This document shows positions 26,048 to 39,160 of a DNA stretch of 64,000 nucleotides, piece by piece. Below the pieces are notes generated by a model that saw only the letters and a program-made list of their open reading frames with translations, was not told the DNA's origin and ran no database searches. Source of the DNA: Chiloscyllium plagiosum (Eukaryota); contig NC_057723.1 of NCBI RefSeq assembly GCF_004010195.1, forward strand, positions 49,917,940 through 49,981,939, read 5' to 3'. The position numbers were made by a program, and so were the translations under genes. Numbering within the stretch: position 1 is the first letter of the stretch; every line of letters begins with the position of its first letter.

Positions 26048-29000
26048 ACCTCACACATTGTTTACTAGGTTTGGCTTTTCATCTTTGAGGATACCCCTGC
26101 TCACTTGTCTTAAATATTTCATTGAAATCCTTCATGCGAGTATTAGGCGCAAACTTACAAAGTGTAAGAGGCTCCCACCTGAGTCAGGCCAATGCCCAAG
26201 CTCCGAAAACGGTCAGTAAAATGTCTGGGAAGACGGCATCTACTAGAAAATTTATCGCTCCCATTTTGATTGATTCCATCTTGCAAATTTCCTTTATATC
26301 ATTAAAGGTCACATAAATGGTCCATGGAATGTAGAACATTTCCAGCTCTCAAGGGGGCTTTCGCTCCATTGTCTTTTTGAAAGAACTGTCCAATTCATTC
26401 CATTCTCTTTGCCCATGTCCATGCAATCTTCTCCTTTTCAAATAGATATCCAATTTCCTTTGTGTCATAACCAGAGGTCAGGACCCTGAAATACTGTGGA
26501 TAATTTTAACTTACAATTCCAAGATTTTTTTTGTTTTAGAAGAGGGCTGAAGCATCCAAACATGGCTGCAAATGTAAATTAAATGACTGCCTGGAGAGAG
26601 GGACCAGGTCATATTACCTACGCATAGGGAATTCTACCAACAGCCCTACAAAGGGTGATGAGGCAAATCAAAACAGACTGGACTGTGATTCTTTTTTGTG
26701 ACTGCTGATGACCCTTTGCATGCTAGCGAGACATCCCTTGTGGTTTATTTCCCAAACTACGGATGCATTTTGCATTTTCTCCCTTTTGACGAATGCACAA
26801 CGGCAAAGGTTAAAAAGCCAGTCTCAGCTCCACTAGTGTGTGGTAATGGGACTGAACACTTGCATGTGTACCAGCCTGCAATAATCATAGTTGAATAGCA
26901 ATTCACCAGTCACCCCTGTGTTGCAGATAACAGGAATCTCTTAGTTTAAGAGGCAGCTAGCAGCCATAAAAAGAAACAGAATAAAACTACAGAATTTCAG
27001 CCAATCTGCAAAACTAAAGATTGTGATATCAACTATTCAACTATCAATGTCAATGCTAACAATTACCTCCATTGTAACAGTCACACGGTTCAACTATCAA
27101 TTCTTCATGAACAATTGAGACTGATCTGTATTATCATTTATTAACTTTTATCATTAATCCCTCATCACCTGAGAGCTTGAAGATTTGAAGTATCACATCT
27201 GAAACTTTAACAAATTAGTGAATCTTGCTTGGCGTCTTAGCGTAACATTGGGCAAATAACTCCGAAATCATCCTCCTCCACATTTTCAGGGAGTGGATTT
27301 CACATCATCTAACGACATGTTGTGTGGAGAAAAAATGCCTTTTAGTTCATTTCTTTTAAGGTATTCCACAAAAGATGTGGCTTTCCAAATTAATAGAACT
27401 GACTGTCTATGTGTCCAATGTGAAATGTGCACATTTTAAATCTATAGTTTATAATAGGGCAAATTTCCGTGGTACGAGGTTAAATTAAAAACATGTAGAA
27501 AACTACATTCACATGTTTGACACTTCATGTCCCGTATACATTGTGAAGGGGATTTCTCTGTGGAAATAGCTTCCCAGTACAGTTTTGACATTCTATATTT
27601 GTCCTGTTAAAAGGTGTTGAATTTGGTTCTCAGTGGCAAGATTGAAATAATGATGTATGCTGATTTGGAAGGCTGGATTGTACAGATGACTATTGTGAAA
27701 ATTGGATTGCCTGCTCAATTTGGCAATGTCAATGCTCAATTCTTCTGTGACCAAAATAAAGTGTCATCTGCCATACTCCATGCCTTCAGCAATGGAAATT
27801 TGCATTTGCTGCCATAATGCCTGTGAGCAAGAAATAATGCTTGTGAGAGGATGCGCTTTGCTTTCACAGGCATGAATGCTGCCTTCTAATAATAAAACCA
27901 AGAGTATATATAAATAACACTCCATGATCATGGGACCCTACTGGGAATTGTTTGCTGGCTAGCCGATTGGATCATTCCAGTTTAATTAGCTATCTACTGA
28001 ACTGTTCAAGTATATAAATGTCAGCATGATACTGGATTGGAAGGCTGCATATGTGTTGAAATACACTCTCAGTTGTTTTTACACTCCTGCTTGTGGTGTA
28101 AAATAGGTCCCTTCACTTCAATTAAAATAAATGAATTGTAATGCAGAAGAGCTGCTCAATTATGGGAAATAAAACTACCTGGTATTCATAGTTCAATACA
28201 CTGAAATACTCATTATAGCAATAAAACACTGAAACTGTTGCGGAGAAACATGTTTTTGGTGAACAATATGAAAAAAACCACACAAGATGACCCTTTTAGT
28301 ACATTGAATTAAAGCTAAATGCTTGCAGTCAGAGAATAGCTGTATTGGAAGCAAATGCTCTTATATTCAGGTTGACATCCAATTTAGAAAACCTGACAAT
28401 TCTCATTTTGCCAATTTTATTGAATGAATCATATTGGCAGGGAGTACCACTAGATAATTTGTCTGTTTTGGTTGCAATTATAGTTTTCATTTCACTGTAA
28501 AGCAGAAGCACAAAAGACAGGTGAGCAAATGTCTTGCATTTTGTTTTCTAATAACAAGCTCTTGCATCATACTGCTTTGGAGAATTGGATTGAAGAGCAT
28601 TTTACTTCAGGTCAGACCTGGGCTGATGACCTTAACAATGAGAAAGAGTTTGAATTATAAGCAGAATGTTTTACACCCAAGAGAATTAGTGTAGAGGCTG
28701 TTGGCAAGCATTGCAGTAAGCAGGAAACAAGACTGCATTTATCTAGTACCTTACATGAACTCAGGACAGCTCAAAGTGCTTTTCAGCCATGAATGCAGCC
28801 AATTTGCAATTGACCAGTGGATCTGATCGAAATTTTTCAGTCCTGCTACATCCTCTTGTGAATGCTGAGGGCAAAACTAAACAACTAAGGAAGAGGAAGT
28901 TCTACAACTTTTCCCAATCATCAATGATGGGTGAACCCTGCATGTGACGACAAAAGTTAAGGCTGAATCATTCACAGCCATTTTCAACCAGTGTTACTGA

Positions 29001-29053
29001 GTTAATGATCAATCTCAGCCTTGTCCTGTGAGCAAAACAGCTGCCAATCTTCA

Positions 29054-29220
29054 CCATTCTGCTACTATCCCTAAACCGCCCCTTTATCTGTAGTCCTGAA
29101 GAAGGATTATAACTGAAATGTTGACTTCTCCACCTCCTGATGCTGACTGGTTTGCTGTGTTCTTCCCACCTCTTGTCTGTCTACTTTGGTTTCAAGCTGT
29201 GCAGTTTTTTTTTGTTTCTA
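29054..29220 (+). mobile_element. Penelope-like pLTR fragment with a decayed hammerhead motif
   Basis: 11-bp TSD gccaatcttca (29043-29053 and 29221-29231); CTGAAGA at 29096-29102 followed by a mutated stem II and GAAATGTT; same family as the 35.6 and 43.5 kb copies. Confidence 0.7.
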
Positions 29221-29280
29221 GCCAATCTTCAGCCAATTCAATTCACTCAACAAATGGCCAAGGGCACCGGGTACACCAAA

Positions 29281-29585
29281 GATTAGATTAAATTCCCTAC
29301 AGTGTGGAAACAGGCCATTTGGCCCAACAAGTACACACCGACCCTCTGACGAGTAACCCACCCAAACCCATTTCCCTCTGACTAATGCACCTAACACAAT
29401 GGGCAATTTAGTATGGCCAATTCACCTAACCGCACATTTTTTGGATTGTGGGAGGAAACGGGAGCACCCGGAGGAAACCCACGCAGACATGGGGAGAATG
29501 TGCAAACTCCACACAGTCTCCCAAGGCTGGAATTGAACCTGAGTGCCTGGCACTGTGAGGCTGTAGTGCTAACCACTGTGCCACC
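29281..29585 (-). mobile_element. HE1-type tRNA-derived SINE
   Basis: Minus strand ggtggcacagtggttagc..caggttcaattcc..gtgtggagtttgcacattctcccc; similar to the 17.6 kb copy; short repeat tail. Confidence 0.88.
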
Positions 29586-31099
29586 TGGATCTGAAACATT
29601 CTAGAAATAATGCTCCAGAATGACTTCTCTGTGCGACACACCAAACTGTTCCATTGAAACTGTAAAACTGACATCTCCTTACAGTGTGGAAAAGTGTCCA
29701 GGTATGTCCTTTATAAGAAGTGGACAAATCCTTTTATGGCCATTCATCACACCACCCACCTCCCTCATCTCATCAGTCTCCTCTCAATCATTCACAAAAT
29801 ATGGGAGGTGTCATGCAAAATGTGGCACTCACACAGCAATAACTGCTTACCATTAAATTTGGGTTCCATTAGGGCCAGCCCTGCATTTTCTATAGCTTTG
29901 ACTCAAACTTGACAAAATAACTCAACTTGAGGTTAGGTGAGATGGACTGACATTGAGGCAGCATTTGACTAAGTGTGGTGTCAACGAGCCCTAATAAAAC
30001 TGATGTCAATGAAAAACATGAGAAAAACATGCCACTCTTTTGAGTCACATCTAACACCAAGAAGAGGACAAGAGTGTTTTGCAAGAGAGCATCCTACACT
30101 CAACCATCTTCAGCTGCTCTGTCATGACCTCTCCTCCAACTTAAGGTTGGAAGTGGAGATTTTATTATATTCCTTTACAGGACTCTGACATTGCTGGCTA
30201 AGGTAACATTTCTTGCCCATCCCCAGGAGACAATTAAGAATCAGCCACAAGTAGAGTCACATGTAGGCCAGACCAGGTAAGGATCCTTCCAACATTTCAA
30301 TTAATGAGTAGGTCAACCCATCAAGATATTTTCATCTTTCAGTCATTCAAGGAAAAATCCTATTAAGATCCTAATAAGTTGAAGTTTGAGTGCATTAAAG
30401 TTATGGATGCTACATTTCTTATTCATAACTCTACCCCTGAATGGGATTACTGATAAACACCAAACGTAAAATTAGCCAATGCTTGCATTTGACTGTTCTG
30501 TACCTTCGAGTAGAGACTTTTCAAATTTTTTGATGCTTATTCAAATTACATTACAAGAGTGCTAGACCATTTAGATAATTGAACTTTTTTTTAAGGCTTT
30601 TTTTTTAAAAATCAAGCTAAATATTTTTTAAAAAATTGTTCTGAACCTTACAAAAGCAAGATGTTGGCTATTTTAGGTTGGCTAGCTTATCTCCTAAATA
30701 GCTCATGTCAGTGCATCCAGATACTTAAATGTATCTTCAAATGAATCACCTGGCTCTGTGTTAACATGGCATCAGTACAGATCTGTGTTGGCTAAGCATT
30801 CCAAAATGACTGATTAAATTTAATAATTAATGGTAAAATTGCCAGCGAAGAATTTTTCAATCTTCTATGGATTACTGCTTGCTCACTAACTCAAGAGTCT
30901 CAGCATTTTTTTTACCAGTTTTCTACATGACTCAAATCTTGTGACATTTAGTTTAAATCACCAAGCAAGCTGATTATTACCAAGGTGAAAGACTTACTTC
31001 TACTCAGCTTATGCTGAAAGCATTTGTGACAGTCATCAGCCAATTACTGGAAGGCATGCTGTTAATAGCCAATCCCATGGCTTTGAGGGACTGACATGG

Positions 31100-32240
31100 C
31101 TTATTGCTGTATCACCAACTTGTCACAGAACAGCGTAACACAGTCGTAGTTATGGAATTACATCTTATGCACAATGTTCCAAATAACACCATCCTTGGGT
31201 GGATTCTGCAAATCTGGAAGAACAGACCCAGCAGGGATGGTAGCACAGTGGTATGCAATCAGGAAAGAGTTGGTCTGGTAGCACTTGATGTTTACTCTGG
31301 ATCCCTTGAAATGTCATAACATCAGGTTAAATATGGCGAGGAAACCTCCTGCTGATTGCCACCTACCGCTCCCTCCTTGGCTGGTGAATCAGTATGTGTC
31401 CAGGTTGGACACTTGAAGAAAGCACTTAGGGTGGCAGCAGTGCAGACTGCACTCCTAGGTAGGGATACCTCAATGTCCATCACCAAATATTGGCAGCGCC
31501 ACTACTTACCATGCAGATTGAGTCCAAAAGGACATTGCAGCTAGCCTAGATCTCCAGCAGGTGAAGAAAGCAACTAGAAGGTAGAGCAACATACATGATC
31601 TCTCCCTCACCAACTTGTCTGCCACAAATTCATCTGTCCATGATAGTAGTAGTAAAAATGACCATTGCACAGTCCTCGTGGAAACGCTGTCCAATCTTCA
31701 TTCATAATGACGATATATCCATCGTGTCATTTGACTTTATCACCCTGTTAAATGCAATAGACTTCAAACATATTTAACAGCTCAAGAGTTAGCATCCATT
31801 AAGTACTGTGGGCCATCAGCAACACCAGAACTGTACACGAACAGAATCTATAACGTTATGACCCAACATATCCCCAACATTGCCATTACCATCATTCAAG
31901 GGATCAACCCTCATTCAATGGAGAGTGCAAGAGGGCCTGTTAGGCATACCTAAAATAAGATGTCAACCTGGTGAAGCTACAAAATGGGCTACCTGCAAGC
32001 CAAACAGCATAAGCAACAAATTTTAGTTAGGGCTAAGTGATTCCATTATCAACAGATAATGAATTAAGCTCATGAATGGTGATGGCCAATTAAACAATTA
32101 AGTGGGAGAGGAGGCTTCACAAACATCCCCATCCTCAATGATTGGAAAGCCTAATACATCAGTCCAAAAGAATTTGTAACAATCTTCAGCCAGAAGTGCT
32201 GAGTAGATGATCCGTCTCGGCCTCCTCTGAGGGCCCCAGC
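31100..32240 (+). mobile_element. Decayed LINE (CR1/L2-clade) endonuclease region
   Basis: Frameshifted APE-like remnants GNLLLIATYRS..., HLKKALRVA and NVHHQ (YRPP/GDFN-type context); boundaries approximate. Confidence 0.55.
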
Positions 32241-33045
32241 TTCACATCTACATCAAGTTTTTCACCTCAAGATGTTACAAAGCACTTTAAAACTGAGGAA
32301 GTATTTTTTGTAATGTAGTCGCCATCATAACACAGGAAGCAAATTAGCATCACTGTAAAACTGAACAGCTTTAATTTGCTTTTAATGTGTCTTGCTGGCC
32401 TTCATTGTGCAACATATAAAGCACCAGCGCTTCAATAAAGATGAATCTGGCTGACTCCCAACATAAGTGCACTAAAAAAGTATTTGTGCTGCAACAGTTG
32501 AAGACGTTGGTGACCTTCTCTACTAGTGAACTCTCGATGTTAAGATCAAAGGATTGTCATTGCCAACACTTTGCTAAAACAATCCAAAACTAATTGCACT
32601 GTCCCAGGCTCCCATGTGCCCTGCTTCTAACCTTAAAAAATGCAATTGTTTCTACCTCCCCCATTGGACATTTTTAAACATTTCATGTTTCAACAACCTA
32701 TTGGTGCCTTGTCGATGGTGGACAGGCTTTGAGGAGTCACATGCTGAGGAATTTCCAGCCTTTGACATACTCTTGAAGCCACAGTATTTGTAATATCACT
32801 CCAGTTTGAAATCATTAGTGAATTTAGCAATTGCTGTTCCATTGAATATCAAAGAGAGAGTTTTAGATTCTGTCATGTTAGAGATGTTCATTGCTTGAAA
32901 CTTGTGTAGTTTGAATGTCACGTGCCATTTAGTAGCGTGAGGCTGAATGTTTCCATGTCTTGCAGTATCTGGACACAGACTGCTTCAGTATCTGAACACT
33001 TATGAATGATATGAACATCACCACTTTTCACCTTATGTTGGAGGA

Positions 33046-33145
33046 CCTGATTTGGAGAACCACCTGATGAAGGAGCAGCGCTCTGAAAGCTAGTGCTTCC
33101 AAATAAACCTGTTGGACTATAACCTGGTGTTGTGTGATTTTTAAA
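33046..33145 (+). mobile_element. Penelope-like pLTR fragment with an intact minimal hammerhead motif
   Basis: 12-bp TSD tatgttggagga (33034-33045 and 33146-33157); CAC-CTGATGA-a-GGAGC-agc-GCTCT-GAAA-GC-TA-GTG at 33061-33095; near-identical to the 51.6-51.8 kb arms. Confidence 0.8.
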
Positions 33146-34980
33146 TATGTTGGAGGAAAGGTCAATGATAAAGGAGCTAAAGATGGTTGGGCCAGGAACA
33201 TTTTCCTGCCTGTAGATATCTTGCAGCGATATCCTGGCATTGAGATAATTGGCCTCCAATAGCCATGTACTCAGACCAGTACTTACCCCTGGATAGCCAG
33301 TGATTTCAATTTTACCAGAACTTCTTAATATTACAATTGATTAACTGCTGCCTTGATGTCATGAGCAGTTATACTCATCACTCCATAGAGAACTTTCAAT
33401 TTCTTTAAGGGGCATTGCTTTTCATTTCATGTGCTGTTTGGAATGTATTCATTTTCTCATGGATATGCAACAATTAAAAGTTGATAATCAGCATTGAAAA
33501 AAAACTAGAAAGTAACATTGGAAATAAAAGCGAACTGGGAAGAAATTATAAAAAGGTTAGATAAAATGAAAATAAATTTTGGACACTGAATAATGTATTA
33601 GGAGTGCAGTGAAATCAGAAAATAAGTATATATTTCTGATTTCACGCCACATCTCCAGTGAGGATACTGGAGTAAATGAAAAAAACACACTTGCACTTTT
33701 GGTGCAGCAGACAGAAGTCACCTTGCATTGCAGTGAAGGAAAGTGCTATCATTAGAACAGAGATTCAGTATTGAGAAACAGATGGGATTTTAAGTGCATT
33801 TACCTGTCAACAGCATCTAGTGTAAACCTGCAGTGTGACATCAAGATTGTTGCCAGACGCTGGAAGGAAACTCACTCAGATTGATTGTTCCTCCTCAGAA
33901 CTACCAAAATGTGACTTTCAGCAACCATTTAAAATTGATTACCTCAGCACCACATACTCTAGAAGACCTTCAAAGACTGATTGGAAGAACTGAGTTAGAC
34001 AAGTAAAATTAATTTAAATTGATTAGACCAGGGCTTGTTCATTTATTTATTTATTTTTTAAAAAATCACTGAGCATACAAGTCCTTCAAGCAGGTGTGAC
34101 TAGACTCTTTCCTTGAGGTTTTAATACAAGACAGACCTTGTGAGTAATAGCTTTATTCAAAACAGCAGGGTATGATATGGCTATCTTTGCTATTGAAATT
34201 CTTTGTCATTTAAAGATTATCTGATGCACTTGTGAGGAGGGAATTCAATCTTATTGTGATTGGAATCATACAAGATAGTGTATTTTCTTAAAGTTATTTT
34301 CTTAAAGTGTCTTTATCTGTTACATCAGTTGACAAATAGAATTTAAATGCAGGTAAATATTTTAAAACCGAGACAATAGTTCACATTAACATGGTGATCA
34401 CTCTGCCATATCAAAAATTGTGATTAACCACAACAAATTGTCACCGGTCATTTGTACCGATGGCATTGCATTGCAAAAGTTGTTTCAAACCCACTTTGAA
34501 CCTTCTTATCAAACATTGTAGAATAAATTAAAATTGCCTAATTGCATTGTGTGTTATTGCAGTTATTCAAGAGGTTTCTGGAACTCATGAGATAATAATG
34601 ATACTGAATTTTATTGGTTTTTAAATCATAAAATCCTTTCGTCCTTCATTTGCTGGAAATGTGCCGATTCTAATTGCTCAGCTGAATAGTTGGTGTATGA
34701 TTTTAATGCTGTTATGGACAGTCAGGCTGCTACAAATTGAGTAGGTCCTTGGACCCAGAAATTGGATCAGGCCCAAATTGGAGTGTGCTTGAGGCACAGA
34801 ATACATTGCAAGTGCTTATTAAGGTTGGCAGTATGATTAGAAGTGAGGTGATAGCAAATTGGAAGCGTAATGTAGATTTTGGGCAGAATGATGAAAGGAA
34901 ATGGGAAGAAATTGAAAGGAAGCTAGTAGTGGCCCACAGTTTGAACATGGAGTGCTTCTGACCAACATTAAGCTAATTTT

Positions 34981-35158
34981 TAGAACATAGAACATTACAG
35001 CGCAGTACAGGCCCTTCAGTCCTCGATGTTGCGCCTCCCTGTCATACTAATCTGAAGCCTAGCCCTATTCCAGGTATGTCCATATGCCTGTTCAATGATG
35101 ACCTAAATGCACTTAAACTTGGCGAATCTACTACCGTTGCAGGCAAAGCATTCCATAG
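34981..35158 (-). mobile_element. CR1-like LINE 3' tip
   Basis: tagaacatagaaca tandem tail followed by aggccctt..ccctcgatgttgcg..gcattcca. Confidence 0.7.
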
Positions 35159-35561
35159 TGTTTTCTAGTGTTGGCATCCAGTAACGTGGCAGATATGACA
35201 AGTCAATTTTTATATATAATTCTATGGAAGTACTTAAGAGATCTTATTTTCATCATCAAGGCAAATAGTGGAAATCAGGAAAATTCGCAGCTCAGCTTGC
35301 CAGCCTTGGGAGAAAGTACCAACAAAAGTATCCTAATGACTTGGGAGAAGAGTTCAGATGTGGCCCTAGAGGCAGCCAGATACCTCTATGAATAAAGCTG
35401 GCAACATGATTAGAGATAGGGTGGTGGCAAATTGGGAGCCTAATGTAACTCACAGGTGCAGGAATTTGTCCCAGTTGCGAAACAAGCAGTGAAAGCCAAA
35501 CCATACCACTTTACCCTTCACACACTAATAATTCATCATCTATGCTAGGTCATGTCTCCAG

Positions 35562-35753
35562 AAACTAAAAAAACTGCAGATGCTGGAATCTAAAGTAGAC
35601 AGTCAGGAGGCTGGAAGAACACAGCAACCAGGCAGCATCAGGAGGTGGAGATGATGACATTTTGGGTGTTACCTGAAGCAGGGTTACTTCTCCACCTCCT
35701 GATGCTGCCTGGCTTGTTGGGTTCTTTCAGCCTTCCTGCCTGTCTACTTTAAC
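35562..35753. mobile_element. Palindromic Penelope-type insertion
   Basis: 12-bp TSD tcatgtctccag (35550-35561 and 35754-35765); ~60-bp inverted arms at 35592-35651 and 35689-35750. Confidence 0.75.
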
Positions 35754-36944
35754 TCATGTCTCCAGGCCAGGCTGTGATCCCCATCCATCAGGAATGTTTT
35801 CACCAGAATTCAGGTGCTTCAACAGGGCAATTGATGTTTGGGTTCTCAGCCACAACACTATGTGTTCTTATGTGATGGCACAAATGTCTATTTCTCCAAA
35901 TGTTGAAACATCCAAGCCCCTGCTTGTTTGACAGCTTTAGCTTGTTGTCAATTTCGCAATGTTTGTTTACACAAGTTTTTAAGAAGTTTCAAATGGTTGT
36001 AATTTATATTATTGATATTTTAAAGGGCCTGGGTTATTGATATGTTTATTGATCTGTAATGAAACAAGTATGTTTTTAATATAGTACAAAATATTGAATG
36101 AAATTACATTTTAGAAAGCTTTATTTTACACATCATATTGCCACTTGAGGATTCCCTATCTCTATATAGTGTGTAGTGGGCAATTCTGAATAGAAGTGCC
36201 ATAGTTTGACATGGGGCATGAGGGACCATGATGGGACAATTTCAAAAGTGCTCCCTAGTCAACCTGACACAGCTCAGGCCCTGATGTTTGCTTTAGGTCA
36301 TCATCAGATGCAAATCAAAATACTATTGGATGTTTCCCTAAAGTTGTTCATGTGAACTTCTTTGCAATTGTTTCCTGACTGGAAAAAAATGATATCTACA
36401 GAGCCAATTTCACCCTCTTGATATTAAACATAGTAACTTGCATACTGTGCAGAGTATGAAATTAACATTGGTTAACCTGAAAAACTAGGACACAATCACT
36501 GCACCGCAAGAGTCTCTGTTCAGCACAAATTATATGCTTGCAAAGTGTTGATCATAAAATTGAACTGGCTGGTATATCCATAAACTATGCTTGCAAGAAC
36601 CAAATTCCTGTTAACAAAAGACATATATATGTCTCTTTTAGTCTTGGATTCACTTCATATTAGTGACCTTATTAGAGTTAGTGTGTGGTAGTAATTCCAT
36701 ACAGTACTTTACCATGCAGAATTTTTGAAAAATTAAAAGCACCTAATATGATAAGTATATAGTCAATGGGAAATATTAGTTGGTTTGTACGCTTACTTTG
36801 GCATCAAATTTGCACTGTGTCACAACGATCATCATAAAGTTATTTCTGTAGACGCAATGTTAAAGGGTTAATTTTATCTAGATTGTTCCCTCATTCTGTG
36901 ACTGAGGTTTATAGCAGACTAACTCTAATTATTCTCTTTCGCAG

Positions 36945-37121
36945 TATGGTTCAGTGGCCGGTGATGACCGTCTATATTCAGACTTTCCTGAAATTGACCT
37001 TTCCCAGCTGGATGTGAATGATCTTGATTCAGTTAGCTGCCTTAGTGAACTTCAGTGGGACAATGACCAAACAGAAATAACTTCCAGCCAGTATAATACA
37101 GATGATTCTGAACTTTTTGAA
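36945..37121 (+). CDS. PPARGC1B: PPARGC1B exon 2 (177 nt, phase 0-0), acidic activation domain
   Basis: ttctctttcgcag|TAT...GAA|gtaagt; encodes YGSVAGDDRLYSDFPEIDLSQLDVNDLDSVSCLSELQWDNDQTEITSSQYNTDDSELFE. Confidence 0.95.
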
Positions 37122-37996
37122 GTAAGTATGCATTTCAGATCTAGTACTCCATTCTGCAAATGCTAAATAAGCTAAAACATGGTAGAAATTAAACCTTTGC
37201 ATTCTTTTGGAGCTAAAACATTTTGTTATGGTAATCACGTGCTATTTCCACATATTCAGTAAAGGAAGGAGAAAATGAGGACATTATGGTTTTGCAGGCA
37301 AGCTACTAAACACCATACCATGGTAGTTTGATATAAATGGACATTGTGCGTTATTTAAATGTTTATTACATTAACAACCATTCCTGAAAATATGTTTAAA
37401 TATGCATTTTATTAATTTTAATTAAAATTATGAGTTCCCCATTCCTCCTGTATTACAAGTCATGAAGGCCTACAGTCTTCAGTTAATCTAAGACATCAAG
37501 TATACTGAATGTTATCAGCCAGTCATCTGTATACTGAAGCTCAAAGACTGAGGTTGATTTCAGTATTGGATTGGAGATGGACTAGCTCAACAGTTTCTTG
37601 TCTGTGCTTTAGCTTATCTTCACACTTGTAGGTAAATTGCTGGAAGTGAGGTGTGATAAAGTAGTGGTATGACTCGAGAAGAGGATTGATATAACCTTAT
37701 TCGACCTTAGTCTTCCTTGAGATAAGTGTGGATCATGGTTTGCACATTATTATGGATTAGACAGGAGTTGCTGACAAACATCTAAGGGCATGTCCAGCAG
37801 TTGCTTCTGTACCTTACACTTTTCTTGAAGTTTCTGCAAGTTGGCCCTCAGGGCTGTGGCACCTCTGAATGGCAAAAACTGCACTGCAACTCTGAGAGGA
37901 GTTCCGCCGCTACTGGGAGGAGGCACTTGGGGAGGAATGTTTAATTATTTTCCCTGCAGTAGACAGGAGGGAGACTCCTCCCATAGTGACCCCAAT

Positions 37997-39160
37997 CATG
38001 GAATCATAGAATCCTTACAATGCGAAAAGAGGCTATTCATCCTATTAAGTCAGCACCAACTGTCCAAAGAGTGTCAGAGCCACATTCACCTTTCTTGAAT
38101 CACTCCCTTCCTGAATAAGAATGATAAGAGATGTGCAAGATTCCTGGAATGCAGTGCTCTTCCCAGATGTGATTTCCCTCATACCTGCTTCCCTTTTGCC
38201 ATAACCCTTTATTCCCCAGCTGATCAAGGATCTATCTACCTCAGCCTTATATATATACAAGAACTCTACCCCCATACCTTCTGTGGCAAGGAGTTTCAAA
38301 GATACTTAAGTCTGTAAGAGAAGAGACCTTTCCTAATCTCAGTCTTATCAGATACTCCTTTATTCTGAGACTAATCCCTCTAGACCTAGGCTCTCCCATG
38401 AGGAAAAGCATCCTCCCAGCATTTACCATGTCAAGCCTGTTAAGAATCCTATATTTTTCAGTGAGATTACCTCTCATTCTTCTAAAGTCAAGTGAGTAGA
38501 GACCCAATCTGTTTAGCCTTTGCTCGTAAGACAACCCCTCCACACCAGGGATCATCCTCATGAACCTTTTCTAAACTGCCTCTATTGAAATTATATCTTT
38601 CATTAAATAAAGGGACCAGCACTCCTAGAACTCCAGATGTGGTTTCACCAGTACCTTGTACAGTTCAAGTAAGATTTTCCTCCTCTTATACTCCAAACCA
38701 CTTATAATAAGGGCCGACATTGCATTAGCTGCTGCACCAATGGGCTAGTCTTCTGTGCCTAATGCACATGTATCCTCCAATCCCTTTTGTGTTGCAGCTT
38801 TCTGCAGTTTTTCTCCATTCAAAAATATTGTATTCTTTTGTTCTTCCTTTCAAAATGAACAACTTTGTATTTTCCCACATTATACAGTACTCCATTCGCC
38901 AACTTTTTGCCCACTTACTTTACCTATCAACATCTCTCTGTAAACTGTTTGTATCCCTCTCACAATCATCTTTCCACCTATTTTTATCATGTCGGCAAAT
39001 GTGGCTACAGTCCATTCACTTCCTTCCTCCAAGACATTACTGTAGACTGTAAACAGTTGCGGTCCCAGTACTGGTCTCTGCGAAACCCCACTGCTTACAG
39101 GTCGCCAGCCTGAAAAGAATCCCTTATTCCCCACTTGCTGTTTCCTGCCCATGAGCCAAT
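37997..39160 (-). mobile_element. CR1-like LINE 3' fragment(s)
   Basis: ORFs 38880..39152 (SGWRPVSSGVSQRPVLGPQLFTVY...FAD, RT GVPQG/FADD remnants) and 38247..38561 (LSYEQRLNRLGLYSL..RRMRG). Confidence 0.9.

Noticed and set aside
26463-27247. Possible ~785-bp solo LTR (tgtcat...gtaaca)
   Set aside because: The flanks (tttg and ttgg) do not give a clean TSD and there is no second copy in the window.
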